Source of the DNA: Cyanobacteriota bacterium
GTDB lineage: Bacteria; Cyanobacteriota; Cyanobacteriia; PCC-6307; Cyanobiaceae
Reading direction: 5' to 3'
DNA: 64,000 nucleotides
Assembly (NCBI GenBank): GCA_035285785.1
Contig: JAYKJF010000132.1
Location: 12,776 to 76,775, forward strand
The translations under genes were made by a program, and so were the position numbers. The notes beneath the pieces were generated by a model. That model had not been told where the DNA came from and did no database searches. It saw only the letters and a program-made list of their open reading frames with translations. This document shows, piece by piece, positions 41,209 to 51,404 of the stretch. Every line of letters starts with the position of its first letter. The first letter of the stretch is position 1.

Positions 41209-41845
41209 ACAATCGATTCCTTCGGAGTTCCTGGAGTCGCCCCCGGAGAGCGAGGTGAACGAGGCCTCGGAGCCCGAAACCGCGCCGACAGCGGCTGGAG
41301 CCATGGACAGCGCCGTGGCGATGGTGATGAGCGCCCTCTCCCAGTCGGCGCGATTGGAAGCCATCCTCTATTTGAAAGGGCGTCCGGTGAGCCTCTCCGA
41401 GTTGGCCAGCTTGTCGGGATTGGATCCGGAAGAGGCGGAACTGGCCCTGATCACCCTGATGGCCGACTACGCCCACCGGGATACGGCTCTGGAAATCTTT
41501 CAGGACGGTCAGACCTACAGCCTGCAACTGCGCCAGGGCCTGAACGATCTTGTGCAGGTGTTGCTCCCGGTGGACCTGTCCACGGCCGCCCTGCGAACCC
41601 TGGCCACGATCGCTCTGAAAAAGAGGATTCTCCAATCGGATCTCGTGGAGTTGCGTGGCTCGGGGGCCTACGACCACATCAAGGAATTGCTGGCACAGAA
41701 CTTCATCGAGCGCAAACGCCAAAGCGACGGCCGTTCCTACTGGTTGACCCTGAGTGAAAAATTTCACCGCACCTTTGCCATCGATCAACGGACCGAAACC
41801 AGGCCCCCCCATCCGCCCCTTGTCGATGAGGGTTCGGCTGCCTAG
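41195..41845 (+). CDS. scpB: SMC-Scp complex subunit ScpB
   Basis: LEAILY, LSTAALRTLATIA, RGSGAYDHIKEL. Confidence 0.92.
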   Translation: MPEAEQSIPSEFLESPPESEVNEASEPETAPTAAGAMDSAVAMVMSALSQSARLEAILYLKGRPVSLSELASLSGLDPEEAELALITLMADYAHRDTALEIFQDGQTYSLQLRQGLNDLVQVLLPVDLSTAALRTLATIALKKRILQSDLVELRGSGAYDHIKELLAQNFIERKRQSDGRSYWLTLSEKFHRTFAIDQRTETRPPHPPLVDEGSAA

Positions 41846-41886
41846 GGATCGGTTCCATACACTGAGGGCTGTCCACAGATGTTTCC

Positions 41887-42180
41887 ATGGCTGCCCTGGC
41901 GCAGATTGTTGAAGTGTTGAGCCAGACCCTGCAGATCTACACCCTGGTGTTGATTGTGCGCGTGCTCCTCAGCTGGTTCCCCAACCTGGACTGGGGCAAC
42001 CCGATTCTTTCGGCCATCTCCTCGATCACCGACCCCTTTCTCAATCTGTTCCGCGGCTTCATTCCCCCCATCGGCGGTCTGGACCTTTCGGCCATCGTGG
42101 CCTTTCTGTCTCTTCAGCTGCTGCAGACCCTGCTTGAGCAGAGCGTGGTGCTCCTCGCCTCCGCCGCCCCTGGTCTTTGA
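41887..42180 (+). CDS. YggT/Ycf19 family membrane protein
   Basis: RVLLSWFP, ITDPFL, IPPIGGLDLS. Confidence 0.92.
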   Translation: MAALAQIVEVLSQTLQIYTLVLIVRVLLSWFPNLDWGNPILSAISSITDPFLNLFRGFIPPIGGLDLSAIVAFLSLQLLQTLLEQSVVLLASAAPGL

Positions 42181-42183
42181 GCC

Positions 42184-42669
42184 CTAGCTGCTCAGGTCTT
42201 GCTCCAGCGGCAACTGTTCATCACCTTCGCCAGCCCGGGTGCGCACCGGAGCGTTGAACCCCCGGGCTTTCACCAAGCCCACCCGGAAGGGCCCGGGCGT
42301 GCCTGCCGGCACCGCGAGGCGCAGGGCAAAGGAGGACCGTCCAGGCGGCACATCCCCGATGCTGCCCACCCTGGTGCGGTTGGGCAACACCGGTTCGCCA
42401 CTGTTGTCGAGGATCACGGCAAACACATCCGTATCCACCACCGGGTGTTTCGTGGGGTTGATCACCTCACCCCGCAGGGCATAGCAGGTGGCTTCCACGG
42501 ATCGCTTGGGCTGGTTGCCCGCATCACTGGCGGGGCAGGGAGACAATTGGATCCCCTCCACCTTGAGTTCAGCGGCGAAAGCGGCTCCAGGCGCACCGAG
42601 CAGGCTCAGCAGCAAGGCCAGCACCGCCAGGCATCTGGCCGTCAGCCATCGGGCCCGCCGACTGTTCAC
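42184..42669 (-). CDS. Exported conserved hypothetical protein
   Basis: Signal peptide ending AFA, two Cys, beta-rich body; overlaps the upstream gene stop. Confidence 0.7.
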   Translation of the reverse strand: MNSRRARWLTARCLAVLALLLSLLGAPGAAFAAELKVEGIQLSPCPASDAGNQPKRSVEATCYALRGEVINPTKHPVVDTDVFAVILDNSGEPVLPNRTRVGSIGDVPPGRSSFALRLAVPAGTPGPFRVGLVKARGFNAPVRTRAGEGDEQLPLEQDLSS

Positions 42670-42995
42670 CGCTGATCTCCACTTCCAGCAATCACGTTAC
42701 GCGCAGCCCGGCTGGCCAGTTTGCTGAGATTTCCCTCTGCCACCGCCTCCAGGCTGAGGTTCAGCTCGCTCGCTAACCGTGCCACATACCAGAGCACATC
42801 CCCCAGTTCCAGGGCCAGATCGGCGCGGATCTGCTCACTGAAGACCCCCCCGTGGTCGCGCAGCACTTTCTTCACCTTGTCGGCCACTTCTCCGGCCTCT
42901 CCGCAAAGCCCGAGGGTGGGATAGATGGGATTGGAGCCCACATCGGGATAGAGCGCCGTGTCGGCTGCACGGGCCTGGTAGGTGTGGAGGTCCAT
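42666..42995 (-). CDS. MazG-like NTP pyrophosphohydrolase
   Basis: LGLCGEAGEVADKVKK, ELGDVLWY, NLSKL..R, GSGDQR. Confidence 0.9.
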   Translation of the reverse strand: MDLHTYQARAADTALYPDVGSNPIYPTLGLCGEAGEVADKVKKVLRDHGGVFSEQIRADLALELGDVLWYVARLASELNLSLEAVAEGNLSKLASRAARNVIAGSGDQR

Positions 42996-43058
42996 CGCGA
43001 GCGTGGGGTGGGTGGCACGGATGGTAGTTTCCGGCTATCTGCAGGCCCGGGCATTCCA

Positions 43059-44825
43059 ATGCGTCGCACCAAGATCGTGGCCACGATCGGCCCCGCCACG
43101 GAATCCCCCGCCATGCTCCGCGCCTTGATCGAAGCGGGAGCCACCACGTTCCGTCTGAACTTTTCCCACGGGGATCACAGCGAACACGCCCAGCGCATCG
43201 CCACGATCCGCCAGGTGGCCCATGAGATGGGCGTGCACATCGGCATCCTCCAGGATCTTCAAGGGCCCAAGATCCGGCTGGGACGCTTTGAACTCGGCCC
43301 CATCACCCTGGCTGTGGGAGATCCCTTTGCGCTCACGTCCAAGGATGTGGCCTGCAACAGGGAGATCGCCACGGTCACCTACAACCGTCTTGTGGAGGAA
43401 GTGCCGACCGGGAGCCGCATTCTTCTCGATGACGGTCGGGTGGAGATGGTGGTGGAGCATGTCGACCTGGACAACCAAACCCTGCAGTGCCGGGTGACGG
43501 TGGGTGGTGTGCTCTCCAACAACAAGGGGGTGAACTTCCCCGATGTGCAACTCTCCATCCGCGCTCTCACCTCCAAAGACAGGAAAGATCTGTCCTTCGG
43601 TTTGCAGCAAGGCGTCGATTGGATCGCCCTGAGCTTTGTGAGAAACCCCTCCGATATCCTGGAAATTCGTGAACTGATCCGGGGCCAGGGTGCCACCACT
43701 CCCGTGGTGGCCAAGATCGAAAAATTTGAGGCCATTGAAGCCATCGATTCCATCTTGCCCCTCTGCGATGGCGTGATGGTGGCCCGGGGCGATCTGGGCG
43801 TGGAGATGCCTGCGGAGGAGGTGCCTCTGTTGCAGAAGGAACTCATCCGCAAAGCGAACAGCCTCGGGATCCCGATCATCACGGCCACCCAGATGCTGGA
43901 TTCCATGGCCTCGTCGCCACGGCCCACCCGGGCGGAAGTGAGTGATGTGGCCAACGCCATCCTCGATGGCACAGATGCCGTCATGCTTTCCAATGAAACG
44001 GCGGTGGGGGACTATCCGGTGGAGGCGGTGGCCACAATGGCCCGCATCGCCCGCCGCATTGAACGGGATTATCCCCAGCGGGTGCTGGATGGCCAGATGG
44101 CCACCACCATTCCCAATGCCATCAGCCAGGCGGTGAGCAGCATTGCCCGGCAGCTGAATGCGGCAGCCATCCTGCCCCTCACCCAATCCGGATCCACGGC
44201 ACGCAACGTCAGCAAATTCCGTCCCAGCACCCCCATCCTGGCCATCACCTGTGAGGTGTCCGTGGCCCGCCAGCTGCAGCTGGTGTGGGGCGTGAACCCC
44301 CTTCTCATTCCCCAGCAGGCTTCAGCGGAAAGCACCTTCAGCCTGGCCATGGGTGTGGCCCAGCAGAAGAGCCTCTTGAAAGAAGGGGATCTGGTGGTTC
44401 AGACGGCCGGCACCCTTGAAGGGGTGAGCGGCTCCACCGATCTGGTGAAGGTGGGGATCGTTTCAGCGGTCCTTGGACGGGGGACGGGGATCGGCAGTGG
44501 GTCGGTCAGCGGCAAGGTGCGCCTGGCCCAAACTCCAGAGGAGGCCGCAAGGGTGGAAAACGGGGAGATTCTTGTGGTTCGCGACACCACGGCGGCCTAT
44601 CTGGAGGCCATTCGCAAGGCCCGCGGCATCATTGCCGAGATCGAGGGGCGCCACAGCCATGTGGCCGTGATCGCCGAACGTCTGGGAATTCCCGTGATCG
44701 TTGGCGTGGCCAATGCCACCGACGACCTCCGGCAGGGTGAAATCGTGACGCTCGAGATCCACCAGGGGGTGGTTCACCGTGGAACCCGCAGCCATAAACT
44801 TCCGCAAGGCGTGAATCCGCTGTAA
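43059..44825 (+). CDS. pyk: Pyruvate kinase with C-terminal PEP-utilising domain
   Basis: RRTKIVATIGP, RLNFSHG, MVARGDLG, ATQMLDSM; SHVAVIA swivel domain. Confidence 0.98.
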   Translation: MRRTKIVATIGPATESPAMLRALIEAGATTFRLNFSHGDHSEHAQRIATIRQVAHEMGVHIGILQDLQGPKIRLGRFELGPITLAVGDPFALTSKDVACNREIATVTYNRLVEEVPTGSRILLDDGRVEMVVEHVDLDNQTLQCRVTVGGVLSNNKGVNFPDVQLSIRALTSKDRKDLSFGLQQGVDWIALSFVRNPSDILEIRELIRGQGATTPVVAKIEKFEAIEAIDSILPLCDGVMVARGDLGVEMPAEEVPLLQKELIRKANSLGIPIITATQMLDSMASSPRPTRAEVSDVANAILDGTDAVMLSNETAVGDYPVEAVATMARIARRIERDYPQRVLDGQMATTIPNAISQAVSSIARQLNAAAILPLTQSGSTARNVSKFRPSTPILAITCEVSVARQLQLVWGVNPLLIPQQASAESTFSLAMGVAQQKSLLKEGDLVVQTAGTLEGVSGSTDLVKVGIVSAVLGRGTGIGSGSVSGKVRLAQTPEEAARVENGEILVVRDTTAAYLEAIRKARGIIAEIEGRHSHVAVIAERLGIPVIVGVANATDDLRQGEIVTLEIHQGVVHRGTRSHKLPQGVNPL

Positions 44826-44854
44826 ACCAACCCCCTCCCTGACCCCTGGCGGCG

Positions 44855-46087
44855 ATGCCAAAAGCAACGGTTCCCTTCAGGGAGACAGCCTCCATGGCTG
44901 TGGCCACCCTCAAGGGCCATCGCTTGAGAAGTGTGCTCACTATGCTGGGCATCGTGATCGGGAATGCTTCCGTGATCACCTTGGTGGGCTTGGGGAAGGG
45001 GGCCCAACGGCTGGCGGACGACCAGCTCACCGCCCTTGGCCCGAACGTGCTGTTCGTGGTTCCTGGACGGAACGACACGCGTCGTCAGGGTCTGGACACA
45101 CCCAAAACCCTCATCCTGGAAGACGCGGACGCCATCGCCGAACAGGTTCCTTCCGTGAGACGGGTGGCGCCCCAGATTTCCCTGTTGGAGGTGGTGCAAG
45201 CCGGCTCATCCACCTCCTCGGCCACCATCAGCGGGGTGACGCCGGAGTTTCTGGGCGTGCGCAGCTTTGAGATGGCGCAGGGGCGCTTCATCAGCCAGAG
45301 CGATCTGGAGGGGGCTCGCAACGTGGTGGTTCTCGGGCCAGACCTCAAGGACAAGGTTTTTCCCCTCGGCCAGGCGGTGGGCAAGCGGCTGCGGATCCGG
45401 GACCAATCCTTTGAGGTGATCGGCGTTCTGGAACCCAAGGGTGCGGTGTTCGGCAGCAACCAGGACGAGGCGGCCTACCTTCCGCTCAGCACCATGGTGA
45501 GTCGGCTCAGCGGCAGGGATCCCACCTATGGCATCAGCCTGAGTTTCATCAGCGTGGAAGCAAAGGATGAGGCCAGCATGGGGGCAGCCTCCTTTCAGAT
45601 CACGAACCTGCTCAGGCAGCGGCATCGCATCCTCCGGGACGATGATTTTGCCGTTCGGTCCCAGAAAGATGCCCTGTCCATCGTGCAGACCATCACCGGT
45701 GGGTTGACCCTGCTGCTCGGAGCCATTGGCGGCATCTCTCTCTTTGTCGGAGGGATTGGGATCATGAACATCATGCTTGTCGCTGTCAGCGAGCGCACAG
45801 AGGAAATCGGCTTGCGCAAGGCCCTCGGTGCTCGCAGCAGCGACGTGCTCAAGCAGTTTCTGGTGGAATCGCTGATTCTCTCCAGCGTGGGTGGCTGCGT
45901 AGGAGGACTTCTTGGGGTGGGTGCCGTCACCCTGGTGGCCGTGATCACTCCCCTCCCGGCCACCATCGGCCCCGGGTTGGTGCTGTCCACCATTGCCTTT
46001 TCAGGGGCCATTGGCCTCTTTTTTGGCGTGGTCCCTGCCAGACGGGCCGCAGCACTTGATCCGATCGTTGCCCTGCGCAGTCTTTGA
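44855..46087 (+). CDS. MacB/FtsX-family ABC permease
   Basis: RSVLTMLGIVIG, GGIGIMNIMLV, EIGLRKALGA, LDPIVALR. Confidence 0.92.
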   Translation: MPKATVPFRETASMAVATLKGHRLRSVLTMLGIVIGNASVITLVGLGKGAQRLADDQLTALGPNVLFVVPGRNDTRRQGLDTPKTLILEDADAIAEQVPSVRRVAPQISLLEVVQAGSSTSSATISGVTPEFLGVRSFEMAQGRFISQSDLEGARNVVVLGPDLKDKVFPLGQAVGKRLRIRDQSFEVIGVLEPKGAVFGSNQDEAAYLPLSTMVSRLSGRDPTYGISLSFISVEAKDEASMGAASFQITNLLRQRHRILRDDDFAVRSQKDALSIVQTITGGLTLLLGAIGGISLFVGGIGIMNIMLVAVSERTEEIGLRKALGARSSDVLKQFLVESLILSSVGGCVGGLLGVGAVTLVAVITPLPATIGPGLVLSTIAFSGAIGLFFGVVPARRAAALDPIVALRSL

Positions 46088-46219
46088 GTCGCCCGTCCGA
46101 TGGGACAGGTGAAACCGCAAACAGGAGAAAATCATTAAGACTGGGAAAGTGTTGTCGTCCACACAAACTCCCTCCCAGGGGGACTGGCTATAAGGGACAG
46201 ACTTTGCTTTGATCACCCG

Positions 46220-46570
46220 TTGGACAGCCCAGATGTGAGCCTTGCCACCTCGACTGTCCAGGGGGTGCTGCTGGATTGCACTTACCGCAACACCACGGAT
46301 CGGATGGTGATTCTCCGTTGCTGTGGCAGCAACGAGTTCTTTCTGGAGCGGGTGGTTTTTCCCTTCGAGCTTCTTGCCTTTGCCTGTCCATCGTTGAGTG
46401 AGGTGAAGATCTGGTCCCATGGGCTGTATGGCCCCGAGTTGCTGGAATCCTTCAGTGCGGAACAACTGCTGGCAGAGCAGGCTCCGCAAGCCAGCCAGCC
46501 CGCCCCGGATGGCATGTTTCCGTCCAACTCCTCCGCCTTGAACACCACGCCCTGGCTTCAGGCAAGCTGA
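46220..46570 (+). CDS. DUF1830 family protein
   Basis: CTYRN.T..MVILR..FFLERVVFP. Confidence 0.8.
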   Translation: MDSPDVSLATSTVQGVLLDCTYRNTTDRMVILRCCGSNEFFLERVVFPFELLAFACPSLSEVKIWSHGLYGPELLESFSAEQLLAEQAPQASQPAPDGMFPSNSSALNTTPWLQAS

Positions 46571-46648
46571 CCCACCCCTGTTTTTCAGATCCCGCGGCCT
46601 CAGTGGGTGTGGATCTCCTTTACACTTGTTCAAGATCTTCCCATCTGC

Positions 46649-48574
46649 ATGAATCAGCGCTGGCGCCTCCTTGCTCTCTGGGCCCTCCCGCTTCTCATTG
46701 CAGGATTCCTTGGATGGCAGCTCCTGAGTGGAAACGGCTCCAGCCTGTCCACCAGCCCTCTGAAGTCTCCGGCAAACACAGCGGTTGGCCGGATGACCTA
46801 CGGACGCTTCCTGGACTATGTGGATTCAGGCCGTGTGAACTCGGTAGATTTCTATAATTCGGGTCGGACGGCTGTTGTGGAAATTGTTGATGCTGATCTC
46901 GACAATCGGGTCCAACGGTTGCGTGTCGATCTGCCCGGTATTGCCCCTGATCTGCTCGGCAAGCTGAAGGATCAATCCATCAGTTTTGATGTGCATGCAC
47001 CCAAGCCAGCTCCTCCTCTCGTGGGTGTATTGGGCAATCTCCTCTTCCCCCTTCTTCTGATCGGTTCCCTGATTTTTCTTGCCAGGCGTTCCTCTGGAAT
47101 GCCGGGTGGCCCTGGCCAGGCCATGCAGTTCGGCAAAACCAAAGCCCGCTTCCTCATGGAGGCGGAAACCGGAGTGAAGTTTGAAGATGTGGCCGGTGTG
47201 GAAGAAGCCAAACAAGATCTTCAAGAGGTGGTGACCTTCCTGAAAACTCCCGAACGTTTCACCTCCATTGGCGCCAAGATTCCCAAAGGTGTGTTGTTGG
47301 TGGGCCCTCCGGGCACGGGCAAAACCCTTCTTGCCAAGGCCATCGCAGGCGAGGCAGGCGTTCCTTTCTTCTCCCTCTCAGGTTCGGAATTTGTGGAGAT
47401 GTTTGTGGGGGTCGGCGCCAGTCGCGTCCGCGACCTCTTCAAGCGGGCCAAGGAAAACAGCCCTTGCCTGATCTTCATCGATGAGATCGACGCGGTCGGC
47501 CGTCAGCGGGGCGCCGGGATCGGCGGAGGCAACGATGAGCGGGAACAGACTCTCAATCAGCTCCTCACCGAGATGGATGGTTTTGAAGGAAATAGCGGCA
47601 TCATCATCATCGCTGCAACAAACCGCCCCGATGTGCTCGATTCGGCCCTGATGCGCCCAGGCCGTTTTGATCGCCAGGTGAGTGTGGATGCGCCTGACAT
47701 CAAGGGCAGGCTTTCCATTCTCAACGTGCATTGCCGCAACAAAAAGCTGGCCCCTGAGGTGTCTCTTGAGGCCATCGCCCGGCGTACCCCTGGATTCACC
47801 GGTGCCGACCTGGCCAACCTGCTCAATGAAGCCGCGATTCTCACGGCCCGCCGTCGAAAGGATGCCATCACCCTTGGTGAAATTGATGATGCCGTCGATC
47901 GTGTGATCGCCGGTATGGAGGGCAAACCCCTCACCGATGGCAGGAGCAAGCGATTGATCGCTTATCACGAAGTTGGCCACGCTCTGGTGGGCACCCTTGT
48001 GGCCAACCATGATCCCGTGCAGAAGGTCACCCTGATTCCACGGGGCCAAGCGCAGGGCCTTACCTGGTTCGCCCCCGATGAAGAACAGATGCTGGTGAGC
48101 CGTGCCCAGCTCAAGGCCCGGATCATGGGCGCTCTGGGTGGACGGGCTGCGGAGGATGTGGTGTTCGGTCATGCCGAGGTGACCACCGGTGCCGGTGGCG
48201 ACATCCAACAGGTGGCCTCCCTGGCCCGGCAGATGGTCACCCGTTTCGGCATGAGTGATCTTGGGCCTGTATCCCTCGAAGCCGGGAATCAAGAGGTGTT
48301 CCTGGGTCGCGATCTGATGACCCGAAGCGATCTGTCGGATGCGGTGGCGTCCAAGATCGATCTGGCTGTGCGCCAGATCGTCTTCCAGTCCTATCAGGAC
48401 ACCAAAGCACTGGTGAGCCAGCACCGCGAATGCATGGATCGCCTGGTGGATGTGTTGATCGAAAAGGAAACTCTTGACGGTGACGAATTCCGGGCGATTG
48501 TGTCTGAGTTCGCCCAGATCCCTGCCAAGGATCGTTTCTCCCCCCTGCTTGAACCCTCGGTGAGTTCCACCTGA
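46649..48574 (+). CDS. ftsH: ATP-dependent Zn metalloprotease FtsH (FtsH2-like)
   Basis: [25 protein letters not shown]. Confidence 0.98.
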   Translation: MNQRWRLLALWALPLLIAGFLGWQLLSGNGSSLSTSPLKSPANTAVGRMTYGRFLDYVDSGRVNSVDFYNSGRTAVVEIVDADLDNRVQRLRVDLPGIAPDLLGKLKDQSISFDVHAPKPAPPLVGVLGNLLFPLLLIGSLIFLARRSSGMPGGPGQAMQFGKTKARFLMEAETGVKFEDVAGVEEAKQDLQEVVTFLKTPERFTSIGAKIPKGVLLVGPPGTGKTLLAKAIAGEAGVPFFSLSGSEFVEMFVGVGASRVRDLFKRAKENSPCLIFIDEIDAVGRQRGAGIGGGNDEREQTLNQLLTEMDGFEGNSGIIIIAATNRPDVLDSALMRPGRFDRQVSVDAPDIKGRLSILNVHCRNKKLAPEVSLEAIARRTPGFTGADLANLLNEAAILTARRRKDAITLGEIDDAVDRVIAGMEGKPLTDGRSKRLIAYHEVGHALVGTLVANHDPVQKVTLIPRGQAQGLTWFAPDEEQMLVSRAQLKARIMGALGGRAAEDVVFGHAEVTTGAGGDIQQVASLARQMVTRFGMSDLGPVSLEAGNQEVFLGRDLMTRSDLSDAVASKIDLAVRQIVFQSYQDTKALVSQHRECMDRLVDVLIEKETLDGDEFRAIVSEFAQIPAKDRFSPLLEPSVSST

Positions 48575-48621
48575 TCAGGGCCAGGGTTGCCGATCTTCCC
48601 TGTCGACAAGGCCGATCAAAG

Positions 48622-48654
48622 AAAACCCCTCTTCGATCCAGAAGAGGGGTTTTT
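48622..48654. terminator. Likely bidirectional terminator between ftsH and clpP
   Basis: AAAACCCCTCTTC-gatcca-GAAGAGGGGTTTT perfect inverted repeat between convergent genes. Confidence 0.85.
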
Positions 48655-48692
48655 GTTTGGGATCCTTGGCATCAGCTTCCGCGATGCCTGTC

Positions 48693-49283
48693 TCAGAGCG
48701 GACGCACGGATCGTTTATCGATCACCTTATCGATCAGGCCATAGGCCACCGCTTCCGCCGGTGACATAAAGAAATCCCGATCCGTGTCCTCCTGAATCCG
48801 GGTGAGCGGTTGACCCGTTCGATCAGCCAGCTCCTGATTCAGCTTTTGTTTGAGATAAAGGATTTCGTCCGCCTGGATGCGGATATCGCTGGCCTGCCCC
48901 CTCGCCCCTCCCAGGGGCTGGTGGATCATGATTCTTGAGTGGGTGAGGCTGCTGCGCTTCCCAGGGGTGCCGGCGCAGAGCAGGAAGGCTCCCATGCTGG
49001 CAGCCAAACCCACGCAGACGGTTTGCACATCGGGTTTGATGTGCTGCATCGTGTCGAAAATACCGAGGCCGTCGTAGACGGAACCTCCAGGGGAGTTGAT
49101 ATACATGAACACATCTTTGTCCGGATCCTCTGCCTCCAGAAAAAGAAGCTGGGCCACGACCCGATTCGCAGATTCGGCTGTGACGGGCTCACCGAGAAAA
49201 ATGATTCGCTCACGCAGAAGGCGGGAATAAATATCAAACGCCCTCTCCCCGCGTCCAGATTCCTCGATGACAATCGGGATCAT
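48693..49283 (-). CDS. clpP: Clp protease proteolytic subunit
   Basis: MIPIVIE, DIYSRLL, YINSPGG, GLAASMG, MIHQP. Confidence 0.98.
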   Translation of the reverse strand: MIPIVIEESGRGERAFDIYSRLLRERIIFLGEPVTAESANRVVAQLLFLEAEDPDKDVFMYINSPGGSVYDGLGIFDTMQHIKPDVQTVCVGLAASMGAFLLCAGTPGKRSSLTHSRIMIHQPLGGARGQASDIRIQADEILYLKQKLNQELADRTGQPLTRIQEDTDRDFFMSPAEAVAYGLIDKVIDKRSVRPL

Positions 49284-49399
49284 GGAAGGCACAGACCAAA
49301 CTGCCTGAATCCTAGCCATCAGCCTCCGGATCTTCGTGGGGGCTGCCTGGAGGGGTCTGGGCACCGCTATGGTCTCAGACGTCTGATCATGAGTGCCGC

Positions 49400-50092
49400 G
49401 TGAGCCCCTTTCTCACTGTTGCCGACAGCAAGAGAGCTTTCCATGCTGCCTTTCCCCATGTGATCAGTCCGCTGTATCGGCGGCTGGTGGATGAACTCCT
49501 GGTGGAACTTCACCTGCTCAGTAAGCAGCGTGGTTTTCAGGCCGATCCCCTCTTCGCCCTTGGGCTGGTGCAGGTGTTTGACATGGGCACCCGGGGCTAT
49601 CGGCCCCCGGAGCAAACCGCTGAACTTTTTACGGCCCTCTGTGCCGCCTGTGGATTGGATGCTTCCTCCCTGCGCTCCCAACGCGATCAGGCTCTGGCTT
49701 CCATCGGACAGCATTCCGTGGAGCAGGTGAAAGCGTGGATCGACTCCCAGGGGGAGGGAGCCCCCGACCTTCTCCGGGAAGCCCTGGCCAACGTTCGCCG
49801 GGATGATTTCCACTACTCCCGGCTGATGGCGGTTGGTCTGCTGGCCCTGTTAGAGGAGGCCAGAGGGGCGGATTCCATGGATCCCCAGGCCCTGAGGCAG
49901 TTTGCCCACGACACAGCCGCTGCCATGGGGCTGTTGAAAGATCGGGTGGATAAGGATCTCGCCCTTTATGCCACCAATCTCGAAAAGCTCGCTCAGGCCG
50001 TGGAACTCATGGAGGAAACGGTGGCAGCGGATCGACGGCGCAAGGAGCGCCTTCTTACGGCTGAATCTCCAGAGACCCCTGAAGCCGGCTGA
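49400..50092 (+). CDS. psb29: PSII biogenesis protein Psb29/THF1
   Basis: [36 protein letters not shown]. Confidence 0.93.
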   Translation: MSPFLTVADSKRAFHAAFPHVISPLYRRLVDELLVELHLLSKQRGFQADPLFALGLVQVFDMGTRGYRPPEQTAELFTALCAACGLDASSLRSQRDQALASIGQHSVEQVKAWIDSQGEGAPDLLREALANVRRDDFHYSRLMAVGLLALLEEARGADSMDPQALRQFAHDTAAAMGLLKDRVDKDLALYATNLEKLAQAVELMEETVAADRRRKERLLTAESPETPEAG

Positions 50093-51392
50093 GAGGCGCC
50101 CCCTGGCCATAACCAGGGAAGGGACCTGCCTGGATCCACAGGGAGCTGCTACGCCGCACCACCTCCGGCAGATCGGGCGGTAGAAGCCCCAGATCCGCCA
50201 GGGCCTTGGGGCGCGCCATCATCACCAGCCCACCCTTTCCTGCCGCCTCAGGGCCTGCCCACGGCTGCAGCCCTGAAGGCTGGGGACCGAGAAAAAGGGT
50301 GATCTGATCCGTGCCCTTCAGCCTGCCCTTCTGCCACCCCCAGCCCCCCAATCCCACCCCATCCTTCCGCTGCCACAGGGTGAGGCCAGGGGTGGATGGC
50401 ACCCTGGGGCGGAGCCCCTCTTTGCCCAGGCGCTGGGACAGGCGTTTCAACACCCCCTCCCATTGGGCCTGATGGCGTCCCACGGCCACGGTGAGCTCCA
50501 GGGACGCCTGAAACGCCCGATCGCCACTGGGGCGAAGCACCAGACGAAACGGGGTTGTCCTCAGAAGCTGAATCTGCTGCGGGCCGAGCCCATACCGTTC
50601 CGCCAGGGGTTGGCGGATCAGTTCCCTGGCCAGCAGGCCTGAGATCAGCGGATCGAGGGACGCCCCATGCACCTCGAGGAGCCCGTCCTTTGCCAGTGCC
50701 ATCTGAGGCGGCGGTGAGGGCGGCAATGCCATTCCCTGGGGCACCTGGATCACCATCCCCTCCACAGAGGCGGCTTCCCCAGACCAGTCGAGCCCAGCCC
50801 CTTCGATGGTGAGGCTCAGGCAGCCCTCCTGAAAATTCTGCAGAAGGGGGGAGAGGGGGCCCAGGAGCACCCCCAGGCCTGCCGGACGCCAGAAGACGGC
50901 CTGCTCCCGTTCCAATCGGGGCAAACAGCGGAGTCGCAGTCCCTGGGAGCGACGCACCTGGGGTTGCAGCCGATCATTCAGGATCTGCCGCGACTGGGGA
51001 TCGGGAGAAAAGATCGCCAGGTCGCCAACCCGAAGCGGGGCAATGGGAACCGATCGCAGGAAAGCGTCCGGCAATCCCCGGGCTGAGAGGGCAAGAAACG
51101 GTTGGCCGTCTGCATGGCCATCCCAGAATTGCCACCAGGTGCGGGTCTGAAAGCGCCAGAGTTTCCCCGCTGAGGCTTCTCCCAGTCGCTCCTTCCAGAG
51201 GCCGGGCACAGGCCGATCGGGGGTGGGGCGAAAGCTCTGCAACAGACTGGCGTTGGCCATGAGCTTTTCCAACCCCACCGCCTGGGGCCTGGGCATGCGG
51301 CGCAAGGCAAGCGATGGCACCAGCAGGAACGCCAGGGTGGTGAGAAGGGTGATACCCAGCGGCAGTCGGGGAATTCTCGGATCGACCTTCAT
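50055..51392 (-). CDS. Membrane-anchored hypothetical protein
   Basis: 445-aa ORF with N-terminal TM segment, 12 bp downstream of the cofH-like gene. Confidence 0.65.
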   Translation of the reverse strand: MKVDPRIPRLPLGITLLTTLAFLLVPSLALRRMPRPQAVGLEKLMANASLLQSFRPTPDRPVPGLWKERLGEASAGKLWRFQTRTWWQFWDGHADGQPFLALSARGLPDAFLRSVPIAPLRVGDLAIFSPDPQSRQILNDRLQPQVRRSQGLRLRCLPRLEREQAVFWRPAGLGVLLGPLSPLLQNFQEGCLSLTIEGAGLDWSGEAASVEGMVIQVPQGMALPPSPPPQMALAKDGLLEVHGASLDPLISGLLARELIRQPLAERYGLGPQQIQLLRTTPFRLVLRPSGDRAFQASLELTVAVGRHQAQWEGVLKRLSQRLGKEGLRPRVPSTPGLTLWQRKDGVGLGGWGWQKGRLKGTDQITLFLGPQPSGLQPWAGPEAAGKGGLVMMARPKALADLGLLPPDLPEVVRRSSSLWIQAGPFPGYGQGAPLSRLQGSLEIQP

Positions 51393-51404
51393 CCCTTCGG
51401 CGAA

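Noticed and set aside
42666-42995. MazG-like gene as an anti-phage or toxin-antitoxin component
   Set aside because: Single gene in housekeeping context with no defence partners
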